This document shows, in pieces, positions 1 through 11,239 of a DNA stretch of 64,000 nt. The translations under genes were made by a program, and so were the position numbers. Source of the stretch: Thermoplasmatota archaeon (GTDB taxonomy: Archaea > Thermoplasmatota > Penumbrarchaeia > Penumbrarchaeales > Penumbrarchaeaceae); contig JARVGK010000002.1 of assembly GCA_029762535.1 (NCBI GenBank), forward strand, positions 1 through 64,000, given 5' to 3'. Within the stretch, counting starts at the first letter, position 1; the number at the start of each line of letters is the position of its first letter. The notes beneath the pieces are model-generated. The model saw only the letters and a list, made by a program, of their open reading frames with translations. It made no database searches and had not been told where the DNA came from.

Positions 1-1884
1 GGTCGGGATCATCGAGAATCTCTTCCCGCTCTCATGCTCAAGCGTCTCCCCTCTCCATTCATACCGGAACAAAATCGTGCAGTTCTCCTCATGGACCATA
101 TCGGGTACGATCCAGTCGAACGATACGATCTCCTCGGATCCGATGGAATGAACCCCAAGTGGATACGTAACATTGTCGGTCCTAACCCAAACCGTGACCG
201 ATGTATCTGTGTAATATTTGCTTGAATTCAGGACTATACTTGTCTTCTCCCCTCCGTGAACAAGGGATCCCATCTCCGGGCGATCGATGTCGATCAGCAG
301 GGTTCGATCCTCCGAATTGTGTATCACGTAAGGACCCGATATGCACTCCGACCCTCTCCATTCGAGCTTAAAATATACGTTCTGGCTCGGAACATCCGGT
401 ATGAACATATTGGTCCACCATCTGTTCTCAACCTGCATAAGGTCATGATATGTGCCGTTTTGGCCGTTATACGAGACGGATATATTGAATATGTTAGTTC
501 CATTTAGGTACCGATGAGCATCCTTTGCAGTCCATTTTATCTGGTGGACCGACCCCGATCTGACATGAGGGCTCAGGATCTTTTCGGTGAACGATATGTC
601 CGGTATATCAACAAGTTCGTTGTAACTGACATATAACCCACCCCAAAAAGTGTGATAGTTGAAATAAGTGAAGCAACTTATGACGATATCCATATCGCCA
701 TCCCGATCGATATCCACAAAATCAAAATAACCCGCCTGTCCTGATAACCAGCTAGTCTGTTTGACCACGGACCAGTTGTGTAAGCCCTCATTGTAAGCTA
801 TCCATAACGTATTATTCGCACTTTTTAAAGGTTGATAAGGATCATAAAAACTAGTGGTAAAGATAACATCATTATCGCCATCCATGTCAATATCTATGAT
901 CTGATAACGTCTAATATTATCTGGCACCCCATCAATTATATATCTTTTCCATTCTGTCAATTCATTGATATAATAACCTAACTTCCCATCTTTGTTCACA
1001 AATAGGAAATCAAGATCATTGTCATCATCCAGATTTCCACACTCGAAATATCTTAATGAATCATCTGTGCGTATATTCTTGGTAGCTGTTGTCCATCCTT
1101 TTTCCGGGTGATAGTATTGAATATACATCTGATTTGTTATATCTCCACTCGATCTGTCATAATCATACATATTCACTCCAAGATCCATATGACCGTCATT
1201 GTTGAAATCAGCCATAACTCCTCCTCCATTGTATCTGTGAGAATTTGAATCAGGCGCAAGGTAATCATTTGAATAATATTCAGTTAGATTAAATGTTAAA
1301 TTACCATTATTCAAAAACAGTCTGAAATAATTTCCATTGCTTATCGTTAGATCATAATTGCCATCGTGATCCAGATCATAAAACCCACATCCGCCTGTAA
1401 TATTAGCATCTATCTTAATTGTTGTTGTATTGAATGTGCCGTTATTATTCATCGCCGGTAACAAGTTATTTGTAATCAGATCAAGATCACCATCGTTATC
1501 TATATCGATTATCCAGCCCATAGGTAGAGATGGTTGATAAAAATCTTTAATCACCATACTATTACCCTCAAGATTAAGTATGTATGTGCCATTTGTCTTA
1601 TACGGTATTTCTTCAGATTCATATTGCGTAGCTCGACAGATTATCTCATCCTTACCATCATTATCTAGATCACCTCCTATAAGAAAACTCCATTTACTTG
1701 GTTGTGTGATATTATTCATTTCAGAGAATAAAATTTTATTGTTACCATCAAAAGATGTCATTATTTTTGAGGAATAATCCATTATTTTTGAGGAAAAATC
1801 TGCTTCTACTATTAAAAATGAATTACCAAATAATAATGTGACTATCAATATGAATGAAACTATCAAGAAGCGGATATACTTCAT
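1..1884 (-). CDS. Secreted FG-GAP/VCBS-repeat protein (runs off left edge, partial)
   Basis: Not in the ORF track. My translation from ATG at 1884 gives MKYIRFLIVSFILIVTLLFG (signal peptide), then repeated GDLDNDGKDEI / DIDNDGDLDL / ADFNNDGHMDL motifs. The frame was open in every segment I read, including the window edge. Confidence 0.85.
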   Translation of the reverse strand, partial: MKYIRFLIVSFILIVTLLFGNSFLIVEADFSSKIMDYSSKIMTSFDGNNKILFSEMNNITQPSKWSFLIGGDLDNDGKDEIICRATQYESEEIPYKTNGTYILNLEGNSMVIKDFYQPSLPMGWIIDIDNDGDLDLITNNLLPAMNNNGTFNTTTIKIDANITGGCGFYDLDHDGNYDLTISNGNYFRLFLNNGNLTFNLTEYYSNDYLAPDSNSHRYNGGGVMADFNNDGHMDLGVNMYDYDRSSGDITNQMYIQYYHPEKGWTTATKNIRTDDSLRYFECGNLDDDNDLDFLFVNKDGKLGYYINELTEWKRYIIDGVPDNIRRYQIIDIDMDGDNDVIFTTSFYDPYQPLKSANNTLWIAYNEGLHNWSVVKQTSWLSGQAGYFDFVDIDRDGDMDIVISCFTYFNYHTFWGGLYVSYNELVDIPDISFTEKILSPHVRSGSVHQIKWTAKDAHRYLNGTNIFNISVSYNGQNGTYHDLMQVENRWWTNMFIPDVPSQNVYFKLEWRGSECISGPYVIHNSEDRTLLIDIDRPEMGSLVHGGEKTSIVLNSSKYYTDTSVTVWVRTDNVTYPLGVHSIGSEEIVSFDWIVPDMVHEENCTILFRYEWRGETLEHESGKRFSMIPT

Positions 1885-2034
1885 ACTGAGATATACACCA
1901 AGTCCAATAAGAACTTTACGACCATTGAAATAGAATTGTTTAATCAAGACATCACCACATCCAAAGAGAGTTGAATTCGTGTTATCGGTCTGATTTTATT
2001 CGATCCTTAAACATTTTATTTATAGTGTCTTTTA

Positions 2035-3444
2035 TTATAGTCGTGTGTTGTCTCTAGCATATTTTATAGTCTGACCATTTTTTTGCCAATCTATATGCCC
2101 GTAATATGTATAGGTTTCCTCCGGCCATTCCGGTGGTTCCTCATCATGGTGTGTGACAAGTTGTAAGGCGATATCGACAAACGTATCAATTCCAACTTGA
2201 CTGTGTTGATATTCCCTATTTGAATTCCAGCTCTCCCAATCCCAATATCCCAAGTTGGGATCGAATATTTTACCAATATAATTCATTCTAATATCACTTC
2301 CATCGGTCCAAACAATGAAGCTTCTATGTGTATGGACGCTGATAGCAACACATCTCAATGAACCACTGCACCCATTCGATGAGATCTGGACGACATTTCC
2401 CCAACTCTGACCTCCCGTTATACTGCGACAGAATTTTACATTCGAAGATTCCATCCAAACGCAATCGATCAATCCGGTCGCCCCCGCAGAACCTACAGCG
2501 TAGATGTCCGGAAAACCGAAATAGGAATATCTTGAAGCATAAGATAGCATAAGAGGGGAATACAAAGTTGTACATGATGTCGAATACGCTTGGATCTGAA
2601 CGGTCTCAACGATTATCTGTTGAGCTCTAAGATCATCCACAGGATCCACATACTCGTATATCAGATAGATGTCCGTATAACCTGAAAGGCCCATCCCGTA
2701 TGACAAACATGACAGAGCTGGATGCCGATATTCCTCCACTGTCTGAGCCGGAACTCCAATGTCATTTATCTGACTTGTAGGATTTGCGGCCATGTTCATC
2801 GAGAACAATTTCACCCCATATGTATTGGTATTTGGATAATACCTCTGCCAAACCACATTAGTCCAGGTCTGGGCAGATTCCTGCCCTTCTTCTGGCACAC
2901 TTGTTGAATCTATCTTCGGGTATATGTTATCCTGGGACATGTCGGATATGATAATCGAATCGGTCCAGTATCCATATGGCCATGGTCCCAAACCGATCCT
3001 CTCTTTCATCTTGATCACCCACACATTGTTTATCTTCTCCTGCCAAACGACCTGGATCTTCTGAACCTCAGCATCTAAGTAATCACAAGGAAGTATGACC
3101 ACATCAGGATAATCCTGATCGTTGTCACTATTATCCACATCTTCGTAGAACCAATTTGATCCCGCATTGTTCGATATTGCGATCCTGATCTTGTGGATAG
3201 GGGGCTGGGCATACCCTTTCTCCTTGGCATATACACACACCACAGTATCAGCGTAACATGCATTCTCCGGATGTATCGCCTTCCAAGGGTATTCTCCCTG
3301 GTTTCCCTCATCATCATAACCTAAACCATCGAGTTCGAGATCGACATCTATTACCGCACTCGATATCGGAAGGATTATAATTAATATAACGATCATAACG
3401 AACATTCCTGTTGTTCTTTTCCACATATTCTTCACCTCGTTCAT
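2035..3444 (-). CDS. Secreted protein, probable BNR/sialidase-like beta-propeller
   Basis: Signal peptide; Asp-box-like SNNAGSNW and SITGGQSW; repeated YPxI...VVWQ strands. Confidence 0.65.
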   Translation of the reverse strand: MNEVKNMWKRTTGMFVMIVILIIILPISSAVIDVDLELDGLGYDDEGNQGEYPWKAIHPENACYADTVVCVYAKEKGYAQPPIHKIRIAISNNAGSNWFYEDVDNSDNDQDYPDVVILPCDYLDAEVQKIQVVWQEKINNVWVIKMKERIGLGPWPYGYWTDSIIISDMSQDNIYPKIDSTSVPEEGQESAQTWTNVVWQRYYPNTNTYGVKLFSMNMAANPTSQINDIGVPAQTVEEYRHPALSCLSYGMGLSGYTDIYLIYEYVDPVDDLRAQQIIVETVQIQAYSTSCTTLYSPLMLSYASRYSYFGFPDIYAVGSAGATGLIDCVWMESSNVKFCRSITGGQSWGNVVQISSNGCSGSLRCVAISVHTHRSFIVWTDGSDIRMNYIGKIFDPNLGYWDWESWNSNREYQHSQVGIDTFVDIALQLVTHHDEEPPEWPEETYTYYGHIDWQKNGQTIKYARDNTRL

Positions 3445-3747
3445 TTCTTTCTCTGTTTGTTTTACAATTGAATGGTCAAATCATTAGGATGAGATCCTGC
3501 CCCGCTATCTACCAGGTTCTCCACATCCTTCAAGCGGGATCCGATGATATGTCCCTTAGACATATGATACTGCATGACGACCCCCTCTAATGCCGGATCA
3601 CTTCTCCTTACTTGCTTGCTCGGATCATCCGGGAGCTCTCTCATACGTATCGCCTAACGGATAGCTTATTTTAAGGTATTTATACCTATCTTACATATGT
3701 TACACCCATACTAAGTGGTGTAGACGCCGGATGAAAAATGCAGAAAA

Positions 3748-4176
3748 TTGCAGAACCCATCCCGAACTTACCCCAAGGGGGTCAGGGACATGTTATCAGA
3801 TGAGGAGATCACCTCGGAGAAGATCCGAAACCCGGTCGGTGAGCCGGGAGAAGGTTTCGGCGTGATCGAAGCGGCCAGGGGAACGTTGATCCACCATTAC
3901 GATGTGGATGAGCAGGGACTCATCAAGAAAGCGAACCTGATCGTCGCCACAACGAACAATGCAGGAGCGATCACCATGTCAGTAAGAGACGCCGCCAAGG
4001 GCCTGATAAAGAACGGGATCGTCAACGACGGCCTCCTCAACATGGTCGAGATGGCCTTCCGCGCCTATGATCCCTGCTTCGGATGTGCCACCCACTGCAT
4101 GCCGGGATCCATGCCTCTGATCGCCAACATCTACGACAGGAACGAGAAGTTGATAAAGTCGATCCGACGGGATTGA
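3748..4176 (+). pseudogene. C-terminal fragment of a [NiFe] hydrogenase large subunit (MvhA/HoxH-like)
   Basis: EAARGTLIHHY and RAYDPCFGCATH (L2 motif) plus the C-terminal extension; about 140 aa only, with no N-terminal RxCGxC motif. Confidence 0.75.
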
Positions 4177-4259
4177 GAGCATCCTATCCCAAAACTCATA
4201 AGCCATAGTTCAAAAAATGTCCCACATGATTAAAATCTTAGGAACGACTATTCTTCTTC

Positions 4260-5861
4260 ATGTATCTTAAAGTGATGATAAGGATTGCCTTCACCACGAT
4301 TTTGATCCTTGTGCCTTGTATTTTCTTTCAGATTAACCAAAACGATGTCTTCGTCGGAAACGCTTCCGCGGCGGAAATGGACGATCCCTATGTCATTGAT
4401 TCCAGCGACTACCTGTTTCCAAATAACGGCCTTGAAAAGAAGGATAATGTGACCGAGCTTGCAGAAACCGTTCTGGATATTTTCGATATGGGCCTAACAA
4501 ACTCCGAACCGGAAGTGTATGAAGGAAAATGGCGAGTTACTGGTTCGAACTATACAAAGTATACCTTTGTCATAGGAGAAAGAAGATTCTTCAATTCAAA
4601 TGAGAATGCATACATGACCCGTTTGCATCAATTTAAATTAATTTATTTCGGAGAATTATTTTATTATTTAGAGATCAATTTCGATTGGAATTTGGGAGAA
4701 AATATGGAAGTAAATGCTTTCCATATCATCAATTCTATGACATTACCGGATATGAGTATGCGGATAAATTATATGGATATTGATGGCGGTCTGAGAATTA
4801 GGAGCGAAAAAATGGGTTTCAATGATACTAATTTCATGGAAATATATGAAACAAGTGCCTATTATTTGGATGACGGTGTATGGGGAAAAGGGAGAGAGAT
4901 CAGGATATCAGCCTGGCTCAATGTCAGTTGGAGTGATTTCCCGGAAACAGAAAAATTTATTCTTAACAAGACATTATCCATATATGATTTCATCTTAGAA
5001 AATTATAATCAATCGATAAATAAAGATATCGTCTGGATATATGGTGCATGGGATCGGGAATTGACCTGGTTCGAACTCGATCCAGTGAACGAATCTTTGA
5101 GGTTAAGCCTTCGGGACGAACTTCGGTTCTGGTATCTTTTTCGAATTCCTGAGGATAATTACATGTGGTATGGGGTCCTGATAAACTTTTCTACATCAAA
5201 TGGATCCATCCTCGGATCCGAAGATGGATACATAGCTGAAAATGGAGTAAATGGAGGTGTATCAAATTACAAGATAATTCATTATTATCGTGGTTACCAA
5301 ACCGATAAGGTACGACATGATCCTGATTTCCTTCCAATCATTCCGATTTTTTGCATTATCCTTTTTACCTTAATAGTATTGTTCTCTTTTCTTTCCTTAC
5401 TTATTTTGGCAAAGATATCGAAGAAGGGGATCTTTGACAACATAAATAGGAAGAATATCTACGACACGATCAAGGAAAACCAAGGGATCCACTTCCGGGA
5501 TCTGATGAAGATGGTAGATATCAAACAGGGGGTTCTCGGATACCATCTCAACATCCTTGAAGATGAGAACTACATCAAATCTATCCAGAGGGGCAACAAG
5601 AGGTGCTTCTTCACCCGGGATGATAAAGGGGATCTAAAGCTAAAGCTCAACATGGCCCAGCAGAGGATCCTCCATGAGATCAACCTGAACCCGGGAATCA
5701 GCCTCAAAGATCTCGCCAGGGTCACATCCAAGACACCGACCCTGGTGTATTATCATACTTCGATCCTGATGGATGCCGGATTGATCGAAAAGGAAAAAGA
5801 TTATGGGCGATCCAAGTTCTTTGTATCGACAATCGGCAAGAATTATGTCGCTGGATCCTGA
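4260..5861 (+). CDS. Membrane-anchored protein with extracellular domain and C-terminal tandem winged-helix domains
   Basis: N-terminal signal, TM near aa 357-384, then RKNIYDTIKENQGIHFRDL...GVLGYHLNILE and a second wHTH (NPGISLKDLA...YYH). Confidence 0.8.
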   Translation: MYLKVMIRIAFTTILILVPCIFFQINQNDVFVGNASAAEMDDPYVIDSSDYLFPNNGLEKKDNVTELAETVLDIFDMGLTNSEPEVYEGKWRVTGSNYTKYTFVIGERRFFNSNENAYMTRLHQFKLIYFGELFYYLEINFDWNLGENMEVNAFHIINSMTLPDMSMRINYMDIDGGLRIRSEKMGFNDTNFMEIYETSAYYLDDGVWGKGREIRISAWLNVSWSDFPETEKFILNKTLSIYDFILENYNQSINKDIVWIYGAWDRELTWFELDPVNESLRLSLRDELRFWYLFRIPEDNYMWYGVLINFSTSNGSILGSEDGYIAENGVNGGVSNYKIIHYYRGYQTDKVRHDPDFLPIIPIFCIILFTLIVLFSFLSLLILAKISKKGIFDNINRKNIYDTIKENQGIHFRDLMKMVDIKQGVLGYHLNILEDENYIKSIQRGNKRCFFTRDDKGDLKLKLNMAQQRILHEINLNPGISLKDLARVTSKTPTLVYYHTSILMDAGLIEKEKDYGRSKFFVSTIGKNYVAGS

Positions 5862-6104
5862 GTATATAAAAAGGGTTTATACCGCTGTTCACAAACATCT
5901 GCAATAAGAACGAGAACCTTATCAGATCGATCCGAAGGGATTGAATCGAGGACGCCTTCATTTCTTTAAATTACTTTAAGTTAAAGTAAGTATAAGTATG
6001 GACGAACATGATAGAACGGGAGGGGGTCAGATCGATCACTCTAAAGGATATCATATCCATGACACTGAAGAGGGGGTTGAACGAAAGGTTTATCTAAAGC
6101 ATGT

Positions 6105-6698
6105 TTGGTTTATCAAGGGACGATCACCTTGTCTGGAAAAGAGTTGAAAATCCTATTGATGATCGTATGCCTGGTCCTGATCTGGTCATTGGCATACTAT
6201 GCAATAGTTACAGGTTGGCAAATATCGGTTATTGGGATTCTAATGATAATCCCGTTCATTCTCATTATAGTCTTCTACATCCCTTATATGATCAAGGTAG
6301 GAGGAGCTCAATACAAGATCAAGGAGAGGATCCTCAGTGATCCCAGATCATCAAATTTCATCGATTTCTACCCAGTAAGAGCGGACAAAGTGCGTCCATC
6401 GACAATGCGCTGGAGACTGATCCCTTGGCATTACACGGGATATATTTTCGCCAAGAGGAACGGTTTGCGACTTATTGCCCGGAACCTCATTAACGACGCT
6501 GAGATCGATTGGACCATCGAACCGGGGACGAAGATCGAATATGAATCCACGATGCTTGACAACTATCTGGTTGGCGAATGCGGATCGGGCAAGGTCTACT
6601 TTTCGAGAACCCCACACTCCATACTTGGGACGAAACAAAGGAACCATGTAATTCTGAAAATTATCAGAAAAATCAACAAGTTCAGGGTTATGATCTGA
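6105..6698 (+). CDS. Hypothetical membrane protein (2 N-terminal TM segments)
   Basis: 197 aa ORF with two hydrophobic segments followed by a soluble domain. Confidence 0.6.
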   Translation: MVYQGTITLSGKELKILLMIVCLVLIWSLAYYAIVTGWQISVIGILMIIPFILIIVFYIPYMIKVGGAQYKIKERILSDPRSSNFIDFYPVRADKVRPSTMRWRLIPWHYTGYIFAKRNGLRLIARNLINDAEIDWTIEPGTKIEYESTMLDNYLVGECGSGKVYFSRTPHSILGTKQRNHVILKIIRKINKFRVMI

Positions 6699-6919
6699 GT
6701 TCGTCAGCCATGGTATGTCATAATCCGTTATTATTTGTAGGATTATGACATGAATGCCTTTTTCTTCTTATCGTCTCAATCCTTCGGATCAATACGAGCA
6801 TGTCTGTCCGAAGCATCATCATTTTTACATCGGAAAAGACCCCGCAAGCGATCACTGAAGGGCTACTTTTATGAAGGGCGAGATCGTTTGAAGTGATCGC
6901 CTGGAAGGGATCTCAACTC

Positions 6920-7119
6920 ATGAAAAGAACGATCGTTGTAGGGATCGGTAACCCGATCCTGGGGGATGACGCCGTGGGATCGAGGGATACAAGATCCCCG
7001 ATGAGATCAAGATGGTGGCGATCAAAATCGAAATATAGGTTGACTTCAGCATGGAACTGTTGGAGGACGTGAAAGAGGCGATCCCTAAGGCCGTTGAGAA
7101 GGTGAGGGAGACTCTCTAA
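6920..7119 (+). pseudogene. Internally deleted copy of hydrogenase maturation protease
   Basis: First ~62 nt nearly identical to 8474 onward (MKRTIVVGIGNPILGDDAVGI); ends AIPKAVEKVRETL*, similar to AIPLALERVDEILGL* of the intact copy. Confidence 0.75.
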
Positions 7120-7170
7120 CCACAAGGCATATATACTTTATAATTACTGTTCTCTAACAGTGGTTCTCTA

Positions 7171-8451
7171 ATGAACGTTATAAGAAATGAGACCTCGGAA
7201 CTGGAGCAGGTCCAGACATGGGTCCTCCTGTATGGAAGGCGAAAGACCGGAAAGACCTATCTGCTCCGTAAAAGCGTCCGCTACGATGTTTTCTTCCATA
7301 TTAGGACAGATGGTTCCATTACCAACTATGGCGAAGGGACGGATATCGATCAAGAAAACCTGATCAATGACCTATCCAAGTTCCTCAAAGAGGATAAAAC
7401 GGTCGTCATCGACGAATTCCAGAGGCTTCCCGAACGGTTCTACGATGATGTTTCTCTTCTCCATCCCGACGGCAAACTGATCCTCACCGGATCTAGCTTG
7501 AAGATCGTGAACAAGGTGATGTCCAGGAACTCCCCGCTGTTAGGCATGCTTTACCCACTACATCTATCGATAATAGACCCTATCGACATCGTAAGGTCCT
7601 TTCCCGAGAACATCTCCCTTGAAAAAGCGTTCGAACTGGCTCCTTTCCTTCAGGATCCTTGGACAATTCCTCTTCTCGAAGGCAACTGGGATATCTCCTC
7701 GCTTGTAAAGGCGATCCCATCTATCGTTAGTGGGCTTATCGGCGAGGTCTTCACTCTGGAAGAGAAGGAACTGTCCCGGACCTACGAAGCGATCCTCGCG
7801 ATGATCGGGTCCGGAGAGACGGATACCAGCAGGATCGCCAACGTCCTGTTCACCAGAGGGATCACGTCCAATCCGGGATCGAACTACATCTCTCCCTATA
7901 TTAGGAACATGGAGAAGATGGGGCTGATAAGACAGGATCGTTACTGGAAGGGCAGGGGGATCCGATATTCACTTATATCCGCCCCCATGGAACTCTACCA
8001 TTTCCTCAACTCCAGGTACGATCTCGAGATAAGACAGGTCTCCTTCTCAGAAATCCAGCCGACGGTCGAGATGTACGTGACCAGAGCCGTGGAGCGTTTC
8101 ATCGGCGATCTCCTTGCGAGGATCCACGACGGAAGGATCGAACTGATCAAGAGGCCTGATAAGGAGATCGACATCCTGATCACAAAGAGGAACAAGCCGG
8201 TCCTTGTCGCAGAGGTCAAATGGGGTCATGTCAACAACAAGGACATCAGCAACTTCAAGGGCAAGGTCGAAGACTTCCACTGCGAGAAGGCGATCTTCTC
8301 CAAGGAGAGGTTCGAGGATGACGAGGTACAGTCGATGATCCCGAGCGATGTCTTTGACATGGCCAAGAGCCTTTCGACCGCACCATCCTCCCGATCCGGG
8401 GATCCGCACCCTTCATCGCGAAAATCTGCGGCAGGAACGAGGGATCGTTGA
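7171..8451 (+). CDS. Archaeal AAA+ ATPase with C-terminal DUF234-like PD-(D/E)XK domain
   Basis: YGRRKTGKT Walker A, VVIDEFQ Walker B, LILTGSS, EIDIL...AEVKW. Confidence 0.9.
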   Translation: MNVIRNETSELEQVQTWVLLYGRRKTGKTYLLRKSVRYDVFFHIRTDGSITNYGEGTDIDQENLINDLSKFLKEDKTVVIDEFQRLPERFYDDVSLLHPDGKLILTGSSLKIVNKVMSRNSPLLGMLYPLHLSIIDPIDIVRSFPENISLEKAFELAPFLQDPWTIPLLEGNWDISSLVKAIPSIVSGLIGEVFTLEEKELSRTYEAILAMIGSGETDTSRIANVLFTRGITSNPGSNYISPYIRNMEKMGLIRQDRYWKGRGIRYSLISAPMELYHFLNSRYDLEIRQVSFSEIQPTVEMYVTRAVERFIGDLLARIHDGRIELIKRPDKEIDILITKRNKPVLVAEVKWGHVNNKDISNFKGKVEDFHCEKAIFSKERFEDDEVQSMIPSDVFDMAKSLSTAPSSRSGDPHPSSRKSAAGTRDR

Positions 8452-8473
8452 TGTCGATCCGGGAGACGGAACA

Positions 8474-8932
8474 ATGAAAAGAACGATCGTGGTCGGGATC
8501 GGGAACCCGATCCTGGGGGATGATGCCGTGGGGATCCACGTCGCCAGGGCTCTCGTGGAGGCGAACAAGGACCCGGGCGTGGTCATCGAAGAGGCCTTCA
8601 CGGGGGGACTCAACCTCCTGGACCTCGTTCTCGGCTACGACAGGGTGATCCTGGTGGACTCCATATCGATCCCCGAGAGGGATATTGGAGAGGTATTCGT
8701 CCTCGATCCGATGAAGGTGGGATCCTCCCACTCCGCCAACCCCCATGACCTGTCCTTTCCCGAAGCGATCGAACTGGCGAAAAATATGGGAGCGGAGGGG
8801 ATCCCCGAAGAGATCGTTCTGATAGCGATCAACATCAGGCCGTCCCTGGATATCGGAGAGGGACTGGACCCAAAGGTGGAAAATGCGATCCCCCTGGCTC
8901 TTGAGAGGGTCGATGAGATCCTGGGCCTATAA
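8474..8932 (+). CDS. Hydrogenase maturation protease (HycI/HyaD family)
   Basis: GIGNPILGDDAVG, VILVDS, HSANPH; start placed at ATG 8474. Confidence 0.92.
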   Translation: MKRTIVVGIGNPILGDDAVGIHVARALVEANKDPGVVIEEAFTGGLNLLDLVLGYDRVILVDSISIPERDIGEVFVLDPMKVGSSHSANPHDLSFPEAIELAKNMGAEGIPEEIVLIAINIRPSLDIGEGLDPKVENAIPLALERVDEILGL

Positions 8933-8965
8933 TTTTATATATTTATAGATCCATAGAACTATAAC

Positions 8966-9169
8966 ATGTCTGCGACATCGATATCGGTCTCTTCCGAGAC
9001 CAGGGACAGGCTCATGATGATGAGGATAGAGGAAGGGCACCCCAATATGAACTCCCTTCTGAGGGCCATGCTCGTCAGCTATCGCAAGGAGAGGTTCCTC
9101 AAGGACAGCCTCGAGTTCCGAAAGAGGATGGACGAGAGAGGATACTCCCTGAAGGACCTGGAAGAATGA
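8966..9169 (+). CDS. VapB-like antitoxin (RHH-like)
   Basis: TSISVSSETRDRL motif; 4-nt overlap with downstream PIN gene. Confidence 0.75.
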   Translation: MSATSISVSSETRDRLMMMRIEEGHPNMNSLLRAMLVSYRKERFLKDSLEFRKRMDERGYSLKDLEE

Positions 9170-9597
9170 GACTCATAGTCGATGCGAACATCATGTTCTC
9201 GGCACTTTACAAACCGGACTCCAGAGCAGGAGCACTCGTCATGTACGCGTTCGAAGAGAAGGTCTCCCTTCTCTCCACGGAACATGTGTATGTCGAGATG
9301 ATGAGGATCTGCGCGGATAAACTGGGATACTCCAATGGGGGGGCATGGGATGTCATAAACCATCTTCCTGTGGAATGGATGGAGGCGGAGATCTACCATG
9401 ACAGGATGCCTCAAAGCCTTCTGGTCACGGCTGACAAGGGCGATGCATCCCTGATCGCTTTGGCCGGTCTCACAGGGTTGCCGGTGGTGACCGGGGATAA
9501 AGGGCTTCTGAGGATCGACGGTAGGCATGGACTCAGGATAATCCGACTCGACATGGTCGTCGAGGCACCCGGAAGAGCGAACATTGAGCGGAAATAG
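9166..9597 (+). CDS. PIN-domain (VapC-like) toxin
   Basis: MRLIVDANI, DKGDASLIALA, VVTGDKGL. Confidence 0.85.
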   Translation: MRLIVDANIMFSALYKPDSRAGALVMYAFEEKVSLLSTEHVYVEMMRICADKLGYSNGGAWDVINHLPVEWMEAEIYHDRMPQSLLVTADKGDASLIALAGLTGLPVVTGDKGLLRIDGRHGLRIIRLDMVVEAPGRANIERK

Positions 9598-9669
9598 AAT
9601 TTTCAGTAATCAAGCCCATCTATTTTCTGCTCTTATTGGGATTACGAACCCAGTATCTATCCGGCATTC

Positions 9670-10053
9670 CTACTCCTGTATCAGTTCGATCAAGGTCCCG
9701 TCGGGATCCTCGATGAAGGCCAGCCAGTGGCCGGGAGAGAGTTCAAAGGGTTCATCGGTCACTGTGAAACCCGCTTCCTTGACCCTGGCAACGAGATCCC
9801 TGAGATCCCCCACTTTGAAGGCAAGATGATCAAAGGTCCGCTTCATGTAATCCGCCTGCTGGAACTCATTCTGGTCCTCGTAGTGGGTCAGTTCAAGGGA
9901 GAACCCCCCGCCGGGATCCTTTAAAAAGGCGATCTCCGCCCTGTTCTTGGGGATCGCCCTCCTCCTCTCCAGTTCCATCCCCAGGAGATCCATGTAGAAG
10001 GCTATGGAGCGGTCCATGTCAGATGCCCTGATAGATACGTGCGAGAACGTCAT
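9670..10053 (-). CDS. VOC/glyoxalase family (lactoylglutathione lyase-like)
   Basis: HVSIR..DMDRSIAFY, LELTH, HLAFKV, FIEDPDGTLIEL. Confidence 0.9.
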   Translation of the reverse strand: MTFSHVSIRASDMDRSIAFYMDLLGMELERRRAIPKNRAEIAFLKDPGGGFSLELTHYEDQNEFQQADYMKRTFDHLAFKVGDLRDLVARVKEAGFTVTDEPFELSPGHWLAFIEDPDGTLIELIQE

Positions 10054-10100
10054 GGAGATGGAAGAACCATCTCGGGATGATGAAATTTGCGCATCATCCT

Positions 10101-11057
10101 TTAGATGATCCCCAATAAAGCCAGGATCGCATAGAGGATCCGAAGGAGGGGATCCGGCAGTCTTGCCTTCGTCATTTCGATGTCCCGCTCTACCATCTCA
10201 TCGGGTGGAATTCGCACATCCTCGCTGTATGGCCTGTAACCGTCCTCGAACGCCTTGAGCGTATACTGGCCCTCGCGCGGGACCCTTATCTCATAATCCC
10301 CGTTCTCGTCAGTGGTGGTGGTGAACTCGACCGAATTTCGGTTATCCGTTTCCAGAGCGACGGCGACCCCTTTCATGGGATTGCCATCCTGATCGGTGAC
10401 CTTTCCATATATACCTCGAGCCCACTGCTCGAGCGCGATATCGAGCTGAGCCTTTTCTCCACTACCGACCGTTATCTCTTTCCATATGCGATCATAGCCC
10501 TCTTTTGATGCATATACCCGGAAAACCCCCTCGTACGTCTCGAAAGAGTAATTGCCGTCGCTTCCGGTTATCTGATAGGAGATTAATTGATAGTATCCTC
10601 CGTCATCGTATTCTATGTATTCGTAGAGATTTACCATGACCTCCTGGAGCGGATCCCCCATTGAGGCATCCGTGACGGTCCCGTAAATGACCGTATCGAA
10701 CACTTTGGGGATCAATTCGAAATCCATCTCGGTCCTGTCGTTCATCTCAACGGTAGCATCCGCGGATCCCTGTTCGTACAGCTCGTGTTCGACGTACAGG
10801 TTGTAATGTCCGCCGCGATTGAACTCCAGGTAATACTCGCCTTCGCTGTTCGTGACAGAGATTCTGTACTCTCTGAAGTCATCATCGAAGCCGTAAACGT
10901 AGGCCCCTTCAACAGGTTCCAAGGTAACCGAATCCACGACGATCCCGTAGAAAGCGGTCTCGATGAGATCGTCACCGGGAGTGTTTTCGTCCGCAAAAAC
11001 TAACGCCGTCGGAAGCAAGCACATCAACAATGCCAGGGCTACTACCGTTCTTTTCAT
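10101..11057 (-). CDS. Surface protein with three carboxypeptidase-regulatory-like (prealbumin-fold) repeats
   Basis: Repeated YGxVxD...PxxGxxV...TxxxGxY; signal peptide and C-terminal anchor. Confidence 0.85.
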   Translation of the reverse strand: MKRTVVALALLMCLLPTALVFADENTPGDDLIETAFYGIVVDSVTLEPVEGAYVYGFDDDFREYRISVTNSEGEYYLEFNRGGHYNLYVEHELYEQGSADATVEMNDRTEMDFELIPKVFDTVIYGTVTDASMGDPLQEVMVNLYEYIEYDDGGYYQLISYQITGSDGNYSFETYEGVFRVYASKEGYDRIWKEITVGSGEKAQLDIALEQWARGIYGKVTDQDGNPMKGVAVALETDNRNSVEFTTTTDENGDYEIRVPREGQYTLKAFEDGYRPYSEDVRIPPDEMVERDIEMTKARLPDPLLRILYAILALLGII

Positions 11058-11239
11058 GTTTATCGCCTCGGTGCATACTGCTTGGAGCGAAAGGTTGTCT
11101 TACAATGATAAACTTTTTTACATAAGACTGCAAATGACGATCCTGTCGGAAGGACGCTCAGAAGGCGTTCTCGATCGGTGGATCCGCCATTTCATACCGG
11201 GCCAAATCATTTATATGCACACGAGCGCCATACACATGC

